DNA of 64,000 nt, taken from NCBI RefSeq assembly GCF_009914755.1, contig NC_060936.1; one strand, 5' to 3'. Every line of letters begins with the position of its first letter. The stretch's first letter is position 1. Of this stretch, positions 13,290 to 30,606 are shown one piece after another. Source of the DNA: the human T2T-CHM13v2.0 reference genome, Homo sapiens. The notes beneath the pieces were generated by a model. The model was not told the origin of the DNA. It made no database searches and was given only the letters and a program-made list of their open reading frames with translations. Position numbers and translations under genes: made by a program.

Positions 13290-13440
13290 GAACTTAGGTA
13301 AATTACTTGACCTTCCTCTAACTTGGTAGAATATCATAGGATTGTTACGATGACTTAAAAGAGTTAATCCATAGAAAAACATTTAGAAAAGTGCCTAGCA
13401 CACAGTGAGCATGTAATAAATGTTAGCCATCATTATTATT
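13290..13440 (+). mobile_element. MIR 3' part
   Basis: ggattgttacgatg...aaaagtgcctagcacacagtgagcatgtaataaatgttagccatcattattatt. Confidence 0.8.
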
Positions 13441-13489
13441 ACAATATACCTATTGCTAACCAATACATCTTAATTGATGTTTAATGAGT

Positions 13490-13715
13490 ATAGTACAGGG
13501 GAAGAGAGATGATTTAGGGTGGTTACTTTTCTAACAGAGCTCCTGCAAAGTGAAATGGACTTCCTTAGGTAGTGATATCTTTTTCTTATTTAAAGTACTT
13601 ATGATGAAGAGAAGTCATCTATCATAATGTTGTGAAGAGGTTTTCTGCAAGGAATGAGAAGTTGGATCACATGTCTCTTAGCTCTCTTCTTCTTCTAAAG
13701 TGCTGAAATTCTAAG
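13490..13715 (+). mobile_element. L3/CR1 3' fragment
   Basis: ttttctaacagagctc...aaatggacttccttaggtagtga...agttggatcacatg. Confidence 0.5.
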
Positions 13716-13814
13716 TGATTAACAGTCAGTCTTACCAATTAATAAGAAATCCATACTTTTAGTCATTGGAAAAAAATGAAATTTAGGTAATAATTTCTCA
13801 ACTTTGGGTTGATG

Positions 13815-14070
13815 AAGCACTATACTATTAAGAGTGTGAGCTTTGCAGTAAGATTATGTAGACTCACATCCTGGTTGGGTCATTTAATTCTACTTGTGTA
13901 AGCCTTGGACAAGGGCATTTTAATTTGCACATGCCTCAGATTCCCAAATTAAAACCATGATGATAATAATAGTAATTCTTATAGGTTTGTTTCGAGGGCT
14001 CAATGAGTTCAAACAAACATGTAAAATATTTATAAAATGCTTATGAGTGTTCAATATATGCTAACTTTAT
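13815..14070 (+). mobile_element. MIR
   Basis: taagagtgtgagctttgcagt...ccttggacaag...atgcctcag...gataataatagta. Confidence 0.75.
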
Positions 14071-15797
14071 CCTTGTCATTGAGATTTTACGTGTAGAATG
14101 TAAAAGAATAAGAAATACTAAATTTTAGAGGAAAAAAAACTATATCTACAGCAAAAGCAAATTTTAAAACTCTCTTTTCATACTTTCATTATTCACCCTT
14201 TGTAGTACTCCAGTCAATGTGACTAAAATTTTTAGCAGAAAAGGTAGCTGATGGACTCATCCTGAACAGTTTTGGGGTATATGAGCCATTAAGGACTTTG
14301 TAGCAAAGGATCACTCCACTGAATTTGTATTACTTGGATTTACCATTGCTCCCAACACCCACTCTCGTTAAAAGCATTTACACAGTTTCTGTTGGGGAAC
14401 CTATATTACATTTTACTTTTGGTTGCTTGAATTCGAAAATCCACTCCCACCTACCCACCCCAAAGCCACACCACACCACACAGGAGAAAAATCTTTGAGG
14501 CCATAAACACAGCATATGCTGAATATTGACACTTCCCCTATAGGAAAAAAAAATCAATGGCACCTCACTATTCACCAAATTAGACAAGATTAGCAGGTGG
14601 AATTTAATGACCTGAAATTGACAGACTTATGTGTCGCTACTGCCTTAATATTTCTGAGCCAAACTGAACTACACGGTTTTTTCTGTCTCTGCACCTTTGT
14701 GCATCCTGTCTCAGTTCTCTCCTCACTTCCACCATTCAAGGCTCCACTCAAATACCATCGTCTTAGCTTTGCCTTTTTGGATTCCCACTTCTACTCCATA
14801 ACCTCTTCTTCCTCCATCCCAAGCCTGTGAAACCTCTTCTGTTTCTGATATATGAAATATACCAAAAAATATCAATTTTAAAAGCATATCAGATCGTGAA
14901 AATAAAAATGAGAGGTTGTATTGTGGTAAATATATTCCATAAATGTTTATATCGTTGGCTACGGAGACTTCAAATTTGGCACCATTTTAGTAGTGAATGG
15001 CAAAAAAGAGTACCGATTAGGTATACAATTCACAGGCATCATTAGATAAAAACAGACTACTGCTCAGGGGCAACATAACATGTAAGAGGAGTCAGAAATT
15101 TCTCCCAAGGAGTCTCAGAGACTACAAACTGTAGGTTGCAATGAAACAATTCTGCAACGAACGAAATTCTCGATGGGCATAATGAGTTGTATGGGACTCT
15201 TTCTTACAGCAGCCCTCAATCAAGGACAGTGACACCACACTAAACATAGGTCTTAGAAACCACTTACTTGAGGTCATTAGAAGGCATCCAAAGACACATC
15301 TCCTTGCCTGTCTGCCTTAGTTTAGAGGTAGATTTCAAAATACCTCCAAAGAATCACATATCCCTCAAACCACTTTTCCTAAATATTGTTTGTCACCATT
15401 GACAAACAATGATTTCTCCCAGATGTTGTGGAGCAATAAATTTGAGATTGTTGTCTCTAAAAGAAGTGGGATTCAGATAATCTACATGGGCAAACATTAA
15501 ACCAAACGCCCACGATTAAACTCATAGCAAGGTGACCCCATCTTGAGACAACTGGCATTCCTAATATGGACAGCTTCTTGATGCAAAGAGCTCAGAAGTG
15601 AGTTGTTAACCTTTGCATTCTTCCTTTCACTGGAGGGACTGATGCATTTTCTCCTCTCTCACCTCCAGCTCCACCTCAGGACTCTAACATTTTTGAAGAC
15701 AAAGGTCCCATTTTCCTTATTCTTGTGTCCTCTGCAACAACCAGCTTTCTGCCTCCTTTTCCATCCAACTCTTGACACAACTTCTGACAAAAGACTA

Positions 15798-16194
<397 letters not shown>

Positions 16195-16206
16195 AAGAAA
16201 TTACTA

Positions 16207-16522
16207 GGCCGGGTGTGGTGGCTCACACCTGTAATCCCAGCACTTTGGGAGGCCCAGGTGGGTGGATCATGAGGTCAGGAGATCGAGACCATCCTGGCTA
16301 ACACGGTGAAACCCCGTCTCTACTAAAAACACAAAAAAATTAGCCGGGCGTGGTGGCGGGGGCCTGTAGTCCCAGCTGCTCGGGAGGCTGAGGCATGAGA
16401 ATGGCGTGAACCCAGAGGGCGGAGCTTGCAGCGAACCGAGGCCGTGTCACTGCACTCCAGCCTGGGCGACAGAGCGAGACTCCGTCTCAAAAAAAAAAAA
16501 AAACAAAAAAAAAAACAAAAAC
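16207..16522 (+). mobile_element. AluY
   Basis: gagatcgagaccatcctggctaacacgg, gaatggcgtgaaccc, ggagcttgcag; perfect TSD aagaaattacta (16195-16206 / 16523-16534). Confidence 0.95.
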
Positions 16523-17880
16523 AAGAAATTACTAAAAGGAAGATGAAACAATACAGAATATATTAATAATCTTTGTTTCTGTACATTTTGAGCACTTTGT
16601 TCAAAGATAACCTAAGCATATCGTTAAAATAAAAAAATAGATTAAAATCTTAGGTAATGAACATCTTGGAGATTGCTATGCAAGTACTCAGTATATATGT
16701 AACTAAGATAAATTTGCTGAGCAATATTTACCTACGTAGCATTTCTACTTTCACAGGGGTACTGTTTCAAACTGGAAGTTCCTCAAAGAAATTTCAAATC
16801 AGATTTCTCCTCTGCTGGCATTCCTGCACACTTGTACTTTCTAGTAGTTATGCAGCCTTAATCTTCTAGAAATTTAGATCATAATTCCAAGAGTTATTAG
16901 GTTGGAAAACAGCTTCTGGGCAAATGATGTTGTTCCAAAAACGTTTTACACCAGAAATAATAGTTGGATTATTTCTGCCTCATAGTCTTCAGGCTTGATT
17001 TTTAATGTAATTTAAATATACTGACATGACTTTTTTCTTTTTACTTTTAAATAACAATACTCTTAAAACATAAGGGAGAGGTGAGGGAATAAAGATATGA
17101 CAAGAGTTTTTAAAAGGTTAACCTTTGCTTTGAGCTTCCATTTCTGTCCAGTTTAGCCTATTCTTTTGTATTCCAATGGCATTAGATAGATATCTTGGTA
17201 TTTGCTATTTAAGGATAAATCAACACATTGAGTTCTATTAAATTTCTGTCACTCCTTTCTAAAATAGCTAGTAAATCTATACATACATTTTCTTTTAAAA
17301 AATTTTTTCTTGCTCTTGAAAAGTTATATTTTTCCTAAAATGTAAATATTTGTCTATGAATTTTGATATCAGTATGAAGTTTAAAAATAGAAAAATGTTC
17401 ATGTACTAAAACTCACTTATTTAAACCTCACCGTCTGAGGTGTGTTGAACAATGGAAGAACACAGAATTCATTTTGTAAAGGAGTCCTTTAGAGTCAAAT
17501 AGGTGAGTTCATTTGAATAAGTTATCAAATGTATTTATCTTTATTTTAATAATTTGCTTCATCCTCTGCATCCTTTCGTTAGAATAATCACGTCTTCAAA
17601 TTAAGGCATTTGGTTACAAAAGTGTGGGGAAAAGGTGGAAATGCAGAGCCTTAAAAAATCCCTCTGTAAATGTATCTGTAAATTCATGGATATGAATTAT
17701 GCTCATGAGATAACTGCTTCATTAATAAAGGAAAAAGTGACTACAAAAACACTAGAAGAGTGGTAGAGGGATTTGAGTTTTCAAAAGTTGAATATTACAA
17801 TAACGGATGATGTCTATTATAAAGGATGCTGAATTTATTTTCAAAGTATTCCAAAAATCTCAAATCTGGAGTATTGTTCT

Positions 17881-18090
17881 CAGTGACAGGGAGACCCAGT
17901 TGAATTCAAATTAAGGCAAAAGTTGATACAACAGGAAGAACTACCCAACTAGGGGAGGCATATCAACCCGAAAGCCTGCTGTCTCCAGAAGCAGTGTGTC
18001 CCCCAACTTACCATGGGGATTTTCTGAGCAAATCTTGGATGAACTTGTTATCACTGTTATAGCATATTATTCTGCCATGTAGACTTGAGT
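17881..18090 (+). mobile_element. Possible L3/CR1 fragment
   Basis: gtgacagggagac...ggaagaact...agaagcagtgtgtccccc...ttggatgaacttgt weakly resembles the CR1 3' end. Confidence 0.35.
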
Positions 18091-18227
18091 TTCAATATAT
18101 TGAAATTTTCGAAAAACAATTTGTTCCTCTAGATTTTCTCTAATTAAAAAATTAGAAGAAATAACTTAGATTCTAAGTTGAAATAGTAATCTATGTATAC
18201 AGAAAATGCTGTCATTAGAAATAATAT

Positions 18228-18520
18228 GGCCAGGTGTGGTGGCTCACGCCCGTAATCTTAACATTTTGGTAAGTTGAGCCGGGCCCTTGAGCACAGGAGT
18301 TCGAGACTAGCCTAGGCAACATGGCAACACTCCGTCTCTACAAAAAATACAAAAAAGTTATCTGAGAGTGGTGACATGTGCCTTCAGTCTTAGCTATTTG
18401 TGAGGCTGAGGTGGGAAAATCACTTCAGTCCAGGAAGCGGAGATTGTAGTGAGCTGAGGTCGTGCCACTGTACTCCAGCCTGGGCAACAGAGTGAGAGTC
18501 CATCTCAAAAAAAGAAAAGA
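18228..18520 (+). mobile_element. AluJ
   Basis: cttgagcacaggagttcgagactagcctaggcaacatgg; TSD aaataatat. Confidence 0.9.
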
Positions 18521-18875
18521 AAAATAATATATAAAGACTACTACATTGATATTTATGGTTTAAAAGTGATGTGCATTTTTCTTAAAATGAAAGTAATATG
18601 TGTTCATTAAAGAAATGTAGCTGAAACATACAATTGAGAAGAATAAATTTTGAAATCAGCTATAATCCTATATAGTGTAGGTAAAGCATTTTAGTGTTAT
18701 CTATACACTCTTGTTCTATGCATGCATGTGCACATATGTACTCATTCAACCAATATTTCTTGAATATTTCCTATGACTCTGGTGTGGTTTCTCATGTCAT
18801 TATAAAATTATTTTTCAGTAAAATTAATATTGCATCATACACGACCACCACAATTTATCTAACCAGAGTCTTATA

Positions 18876-18996
18876 TTTCTTGACACAAGGTTGCATTTTA
18901 TCACCCAAGTTGGAGTGCAGTGGCATGATCATGGCTCACTGCAGTCTTGATCTCCTGAGGAGCTGGGACTACAGGTGTATGCCATCATGCCAGCTA

Positions 18997-19041
<45 letters not shown>

Positions 19042-19168
19042 ATTTTGGTGGAGATGGGGTTTCACCATGTTGCCCAGGCTGGTTTCGAACTCCTGGACTC
19101 AAGTGATCCAGCTGCCTCAGCCTCCCAACGTGCTAGAATTACTAAAGGCTAAGCCACTGTGCCTGGCC
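18876..19168 (-). mobile_element. AluJ with (TG)20 in its central linker
   Basis: gatcatggctcactgcag, ctcctggactcaagtgatcc; (TG)20 at 18998-19037. Confidence 0.9.
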
Positions 19169-19299
19169 CAGGGCCCATTTTTAATAAACAGGTTTTCAGT
19201 TTTGTGTTACTATTAACACTATATCCCTTTAGCTATAAACGTGCATATATGTATAACTAAATATAAATATATACCGACATACACGCACATATGATAATA

Positions 19300-20030
19300 T
19301 ATATATGGCCAATTGCTAGAAGCATAAGCATCAACATTAACAGACTTTTAATGTGCACTGTGTGAAATGGTTCTGGTACAGTAACACAATTGACACAACT
19401 GGACACAGAAAGTGAGAGGCTTCATCTCACCGGAATTTCTTCAGCATTGGTTACTGTGGCATTTTTAATCTTCACCAATTTGCTAAGTGAACTATGATCT
19501 CAATTTAATTTGAATTACTTGATGATTTATAAAAATCAAACATTTTATGTTTATTCTTCATTTAACTTCCTCCTATTAACTGAATATTTCTATTATTTCT
19601 ATTTCTATTCATTTGTAAGCAGTTTAAATGATATCCTAATTGCATCTGTTGAACATAGGAAAATGCCAATAGTTGACCAGTTTTAACAAAAATGGCAATT
19701 TAGGTTGTTCCGCCTAATGTACTGCAAATATATTTCTTAGATTTCCATTTGTCTGCCAGTCTTATCATTTAAGATGCAAAGAAGCTTTTTCATTTATGTG
19801 ATCAAACCTATCACAATTTTTCTTTGGTGATTATCACCTTTGGTGTAATGCTTTAAAAGGACTTTCAACCCTCCTCCTACTTCTATTCACCAACACTGTC
19901 TCTTAGTATTTTTATGGTTTCTTTTGATGAGAATTTAAATCTCTAATCCTTCTAGAATTCATATTGGTAATGGTATAAAATTGTAACGTTTTTCTAAATA
20001 CTTATAAATCTGCCTTGAAACCATGTCTGT
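19300..20030 (-). mobile_element. Old L1 (L1M) fragments
   Basis: Degenerate antisense L1 3' motifs (ttttaatcttcaccaatttg..., caaagaagctttttcattt, aatctctaatccttctagaattcat). Confidence 0.5.
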
Positions 20031-20066
20031 CACAAAGATTTGACATGTCTAGGATAACACTTGTGC

Positions 20067-20208
20067 CACTCAGGAGGCTGAGGTGGGAGGAACACTTGAG
20101 CCCAGGAGATCAAGGTTGCAGTGAGCCAAGATGACATCACTGCACTCCAGCCTGGGCAACGGAGCAAGACCCTGTCTCAAAAACAAAACAAAACAAACAA
20201 ACAAAAAC
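20067..20208 (+). mobile_element. 5'-truncated AluJ/FRAM right monomer
   Basis: ggaggctgaggtgggagg...cttgagcccaggag...gaccctgtctc plus (CAAA)n tail. Confidence 0.88.
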
Positions 20209-22641
20209 CTTACCATGTTGTGAGGGGAGTTAAATTCCCTAATTATAGTCCAAACATCATGTTTATATTTTGCTATATCATAGAATATTATAAAACACCA
20301 ATGACTCATACAATGTAAGTTACTTTCACAAATTATCTAAAAGATGCATAGATATGAGCATTATGTAAGAAAATAAAAAACACAATTCATAATTATGAAT
20401 TAGGGAATACTTTTACATTCATTTTAAAATTAATCTCAGCACTTTAACCTCACTTATGTATGCAAAATATATTTGCATTTACAGAATATGACTGTGAGCA
20501 ACACTTCCACTGACATGATAAATAATCTAGAATTTCTGTACTCTAACTTTGCAGAAAGTACTATGAAAACAGTTTGGGTTCATGGTTTTTACTTAAATTA
20601 TTCTTGTTAGGACAACTTCTTTGTCTTTCTAAAGAAAGACAAAAAATAAGCAATTGCTTGTTCACATATATTATGTTAAAGGCTTTTAGTCAAAAGTTCA
20701 TGTATTATTTTATTTGGAAGTAAAAATCCTCTTCATTACAAATGATTGCTGGACAACAGAATGATGCTTATGCAATTGTTATTATATTCTTAAGGAGCAG
20801 ATTTTCTCATCTGACTTTTAAAAAGTAATAAAACTCAAATTGTCCCATAACTTTTGAGAGATTCTCACATATTTTTAATCAATGAGGAAGCTGAAAAGCC
20901 ATAGCAAAAAAAACTGTACAGAAGACCATTATATTCGTCCAGGCTAGGGTTTGAGGGCTGCCTCAAGTGGATCAGTATTGGCTACTCAAGTGGCAATACC
21001 TAGTTCCAAGATCAGGAAAATGAAGCATTTCTACTGAGATGGCATTATGTTACTTAAGTTGATGTACGTTTTGAAATTAACTCCATAATTCAAAAGTGTG
21101 CTAGTAAAACTCTCCCAGTGAATTATATGTACATACACTTGAAACACCCAGAAAATAAGTCTAATAATTTTATGCTAACCTATTCAGATAAAATATTTGT
21201 ATGTAGAGCACGAAGACAATCAAGTATAATCAGGCATTTAAACAAATAATGTTGTGTTAAGAAAAAAATTATAAGGGTATGGTAGCATTAGATTTAAGTA
21301 TTCCTTTAGCCTGCTTTGCATGGTGTTTTACTGAAAATGCTTCATTATCTTGGTGAGACCAAGCTGAAAGTATATTAAAAAAAGGAGTCTTACTCAAGAG
21401 ATTTACGTGTACAATAAGAAACAATTTACAACGATTTTTAAAGGTTCTGAAAGACAATGAGAAATAGAAATAGACTAAAACAAAAATGTTACACCTTTCA
21501 GAAGATATACGATCATATAATGAATTATTAAGAAACAAAGGATGTACATCCAAAGACTACTTTCAGGAATCAATTCTACCATATGTTACAAGAGAAATGT
21601 GGATGAAATTGTAGAGCAGAAACAATTAGGTGCACAGGTATGTAGCATCAGGAGCCTTTATTTGTGAAACCTAAAATCTGTGCCTTCTTTATTAAAGTAA
21701 TAACCAGGATTTTTATTTCAGAGGGTCATTGGATTTGGCCAAGGTCTTTCATTCTTGTTAATTATTATGTGTTCAGAGTAATGCACATTTTTATCTACAG
21801 GTGGCAGACCTTTTAAAAATCAATTTCAGTCATATTCAGTATTTTGTTTTGGTGTGTGCATATTTTTTAGCTGCCATCCCCATTAAAATGTAACAGTGTG
21901 CTATTCAGAGTTCTCATTAATGTTGCACAATTTAGATGATAGATTTGTCAACAAAGTGGCTCATTCTCAAAGGCCAGTGAACCCTGTCGGGATAAATGCC
22001 TTAAAAATTGTATATTGCAGGGTAATCTTTAATTATATAGAACTCACTTGACAATTTACAGTATATTGGGATTATTTTCCTTTTTCAAGCAATAAAGCAT
22101 TTTACTTTATAGATTAGGGTGACTGAGGGAAAAAAGTGATTGGATTTGATAAATAGTTAAAGCAAAGAGCTTGCTTATTTGCAAGTAAAAGAGAAAGGTG
22201 ACCAAAAGGCGTGTACAAATGACAACCACTTAGGATCACAAATTATTAAGTAGCTAAATGGTTAAAGCAAATAACTATAAATGCAGTGACATTTTAAAAG
22301 AATGTTAACACAGAAAGAGATAAGCAAAACAAAAATATACTGACACCAATGGTATAACTAATCATTATCCTCAATTTAACTTCATAAAATCTTGGATTTA
22401 AATACCTATGTGAAGTTTCTTATTTTGTTGTGTTGGTTTTGGTCAATTCAGCATATAATCTGGTGTTCAACTAAGCCTTTTTGTGACTATTATTGATTTG
22501 TTGGAAAGGATTTTTAACAGAGAAGTACTCAAAATATATGTAAACGTCCATAACTTTATAGTTCTCAAAACATTTTTATTCCATTCAATCTAATACCTTT
22601 CTATGCCTACTATCCTTTATCACATTTCTTTATTTTTATTC

Positions 22642-22936
22642 TTTTTTTTTTTTTTTTTTTGAGACAGGGTCTTGCTTTGTGGCCCCGCTGGCACGAATGC
22701 AGCTCACTACAGCCTTGAACTCCCGGGCTTAAGGTATTCTACTGACTCAGCTTCCTGAGTAGCTGGGAATACAGGCATGTTCCACCATGCAATTTTTTTT
22801 TTTTTTTTTTTTTTTTTTTGAGACAAGGTCTTCCTATGTCACCTAGGCTGGTCTCAAAACTCCTGAGCTCAAGGCATCTTCCTGCCTCGGTCTCCCCAAA
22901 TCCTGGAATTACTGGCATGAGCCACCATGCCCAGCC
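22642..22936 (-). mobile_element. AluJ with expanded T27 linker
   Basis: gagacagggtcttgct...cagctcactacagccttgaactcc; T27 at 22793-22819. Confidence 0.9.
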
Positions 22937-23006
22937 TGGTATTCTTTTCCAGAATACTGGACAGAATAAATGCTTATTTTAGTATCCTATTTTTGTTCAT
23001 TTCTAA

Positions 23007-23310
<304 letters not shown>

Positions 23311-23479
23311 TAATGTGGGGAACTCTTTATAAGAACCTTCAATTATTTTACTTAATTTTGAAGATGTCTCCATTTAATTTATACTATTTGCCAGGATATT
23401 TCTCCCACTTAAAGCATAAAACACCACAAAAAAATTAATGAAATCTATCAACTATTTGCTCTATTATTTTAAGATTTAT

Positions 23480-27440
<3,961 letters not shown>

Positions 27441-30172
27441 TTACCTCTGACACATGAGAAGTCTGAGCAATAGCAGTTAGGGAACAAACCCAAAAGTAAA
27501 CAGGTATAAGTGGTACAATTAGGAGACAGACCCAAACAATCTGTCTCCAACGTCTATGCTTCCAAACATCATACATCATGTGTCTCTTACAAGTTCAAAG
27601 AGTAAAGTCAGTTTAGGTTTTGAAAGGAAAAAAAAAAAAAAGCTTTCACTGTCATCTCCACAATATTTTCTCACATTGCTATCAAATTGTGATTTTTCAC
27701 TCATCTTAGAGTTAGATTCTTACTCTTCTAATATTCTAAGGTAACATAATACTTAAAAAAAATCTTAATCCAGAACTGCAGTACTCAACCTCTTCCACTT
27801 ATACACAAGTTGTGCTTTGTGCCTTTGAAATAGGCATGCATACCAGAAGCCTTCATGTGTTTATCCAATGCCACTGAACTGTAGCACGGTACCTTGAACT
27901 GCCCTAAGCTAAAAGAGGCAGCCAGGCTGCAATATGATCAAGATGTCTAAGTGGTTGTATGGATCTACTGAGCAGGAATCCTCATTTCAACCCGACTTTG
28001 GGAAAAAAATAACCAAAAGGATGGGTGCTGGGCTGTTTCAACTCTCCTTGAACAGAGATATATATAGTGTCTTAACAAACAGGGGCACTTAGCAGCTTAT
28101 ATATACCTTCTGAAAATCCACACCTTTTATATTTCTCAAATTTTAATATTAAATTATACTATTTAAAAACTCTGTAAACTATGAGGAAAATTAAAACTTC
28201 TCATGAGTCCATTATCCAGAGTTAATTATATTCGATGTGTTTATTATTTTTTCTATTAATTTTTCTGTGTTTGTAATATATATGCACATGTAGAGATATA
28301 TATGTGCATACATGTGTGTACATAAATACCCACAAACTTGGAAACATAGTATATCTTTAGTGTAGACTCTGATTTTTTAATTTAACATTGCATTATGCAT
28401 AATTTTATGTCTTTTAAAATTCTTTAGAAAAGAATTTTAAATACCAAACATCAAATTTTAAATATCAAATGAAATACTCATTTCATTCTGGTTGCAGGAT
28501 ATCCCATCATATAAAGGTATTCAAATTTATTTAGCCACTGCTCTACTGCTGAACAGTTAAATCTATCTAAAATCTTCCACTTATAAATATATGAAAATTA
28601 ACTTAAAAGAAATATAAAATTTTATCTTGTTTAAACTGTTATGTTGGATCTGGATCACTTGCAACTAAATATCTTCCAAACTAATAGCATGGGAATGTTA
28701 CATAGAATGCTTTGACAACATTTAAGGCTGTTTACAGAAGTGGCCAAATTCCTTCCTGGAAAGTTGAACAAACACAAGGTTTCCCCAAAATTGTTGAAAA
28801 TGTCCATCTCTCTACATTCTTGTTATATTATTATTATTCCGAATTACTCTCCCCTAGTTAGATAAGTGAGACATAGCTTTGCATTCCTTTTATTACCTTT
28901 TGTATTAGTTATATTCCTTATTAACTACTTGTTCTTGTATCTCATTATCTTTTAAATTAAGATATCACTGTCTTTCTTATAACTGCTCTTTACATTTAAT
29001 GTTTGCCATATTTATTAGAAGCAGTAGTCTCAGTTTGTCATTTGCCTTTTAATTTTATTTATATTGGTATTTTTGCCTGTAAACCTATAGAATTTTTGTT
29101 TGGAATAATTTGGTTGTGACTTATTCCACTTTTGTTAGTATAAAAATCCATTATTCGCTATGTTTTCTTCTATATTATATTGTTTCATTTGTCTGTGAAT
29201 ATATGAAGCCTGAGTTATAAGTATTTTAATAATACTGTTTGGGATTTTAACAATTTTGTTTTTAAAAGAGGTAACCACTACCATTAATTCTAAGGGTTTT
29301 CACACATACACTTGCATCTTGAAATGGTGGGAACATAAGTCATAACACTGTAAGAGCAGATTTCTGAATAAATGAGCTTTAAGTCATTATGCAAGATGAA
29401 CAGTGTTTCATTATTCTTTTCAGGTATCAACGAAAGGAGATTTCCCTTTCAATCTTACTGGTGACAAACTTCTCCTGAACAACAGAATTCCTTCCTTTCA
29501 TCCTTTTCTGCAGTTACCTGCATGATGACTAGTCAATCAATAAATTAGAAAAGGATTTTCAACTCTAGATCTGTGGTCAAACTTTCAGTGCCTGTTCCCA
29601 AGAGTATAACATTTTTGAAAAGACAAACAGGGATTTCATGCACACACAGATAGATGCCCATGGAATGTTTCTGTCAGTAAATTAGAAAATATTTGTCTGG
29701 CTTCAGCAATATTACATTTTCGTATGTATTAACAGAATCATACCCTGGAATACTTAATAGCCTATAGAAATTTTTCTAAAATATGTGACCTATCCATTGC
29801 AATCCCAAATATTTATTTTGAAGCAACAACAAAAAAGTAGCAACAAATGTTTCAAAAAACATTTTTCAGTGGAGAAAAAAGCTTTCACAACTTCAGAAAA
29901 AGTGTATCTCATTAAGAAAAAGAAAAGAAAAGAAATGTTGCTATCATCTGCCAGTTTAGAGACATTACCATCATAATGAGTCTCAAAATCATAATTAAAA
30001 AGCCAGTTGTCATCTGAATATAAAAGACTATGTACTATACTTTTATATGCATATGTTTTATATATTTTTACTTATAAATTAAAAATAAGAGAAAGCATAT
30101 AAACTTCCATTTTTGTGAAATAGAATAGTTATCAATTTTTCAAAAGTGTTATTATGTGTTTTATGAATATAC

Positions 30173-30269
30173 CTTTTTCCTACCCAGTGCAGTGCCAGAA
30201 TTCTCTGTTCAGCTTTCAGAATCTTGTCAACAGATTCAAACAGGAATCATGTCATCAGCAAGAGGAAAG
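30173..30269 (-). other. SOX5: Non-coding 5'-UTR exon (97 nt), probably SOX5
   Basis: Minus strand reads ...gttaatggtctacttttatttttccag|CTTTCCTCTTGCTGATGACATG...GGGTAGGAAAAAG|gtatat. Strong polypyrimidine tract; stops in all three frames. Sequence and length match my recollection of a SOX5 upstream UTR exon (not database-verified). Confidence 0.75.
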
Positions 30270-30371
30270 CTGGAAAAATAAAAGTAGACCATTAACAGTG
30301 CATTGTTTGATTTAGTAAATATGAACATATGACTCTTGAAAATAGAAAATGTGTAAGGTTTTCAAAAGAAA

Positions 30372-30606
30372 TTTATATTTATATATGTAAATTGATAAAC
30401 CATTATATATATATGTAAATTTACATTTAAATATATAAATATATACGTAAATTTACATTTAAATATATAAATATATATGTAAATTTACATTTAAATATAT
30501 AAATATATATTTATATGTATATAATTTATATGTATATAAATTTATATTTATATATTAAATATATAAATATATATTTAAATGTAAATTTACATATATAAAT
30601 GTAATA
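30372..30606. repeat. AT-rich minisatellite: 3 x 32 bp plus an inverted copy
   Basis: atata(t/c)gtaaatttacatttaaatatataaat at 30409, 30441 and 30473; reverse-complement copy at about 30568-30596. Confidence 0.9.

Noticed and set aside
29405-29545. Plus-strand acceptor-like ttcattattcttttcag followed by AATAAA
   Set aside because: Such motifs are frequent in AT-rich DNA; no partner exon evident.
30409-30504. Regularly spaced repeats as a possible CRISPR-like array (also 48101-48193, 2489-2568)
   Set aside because: Head-to-tail tandem units with no unique spacers, in human DNA; these are minisatellites.
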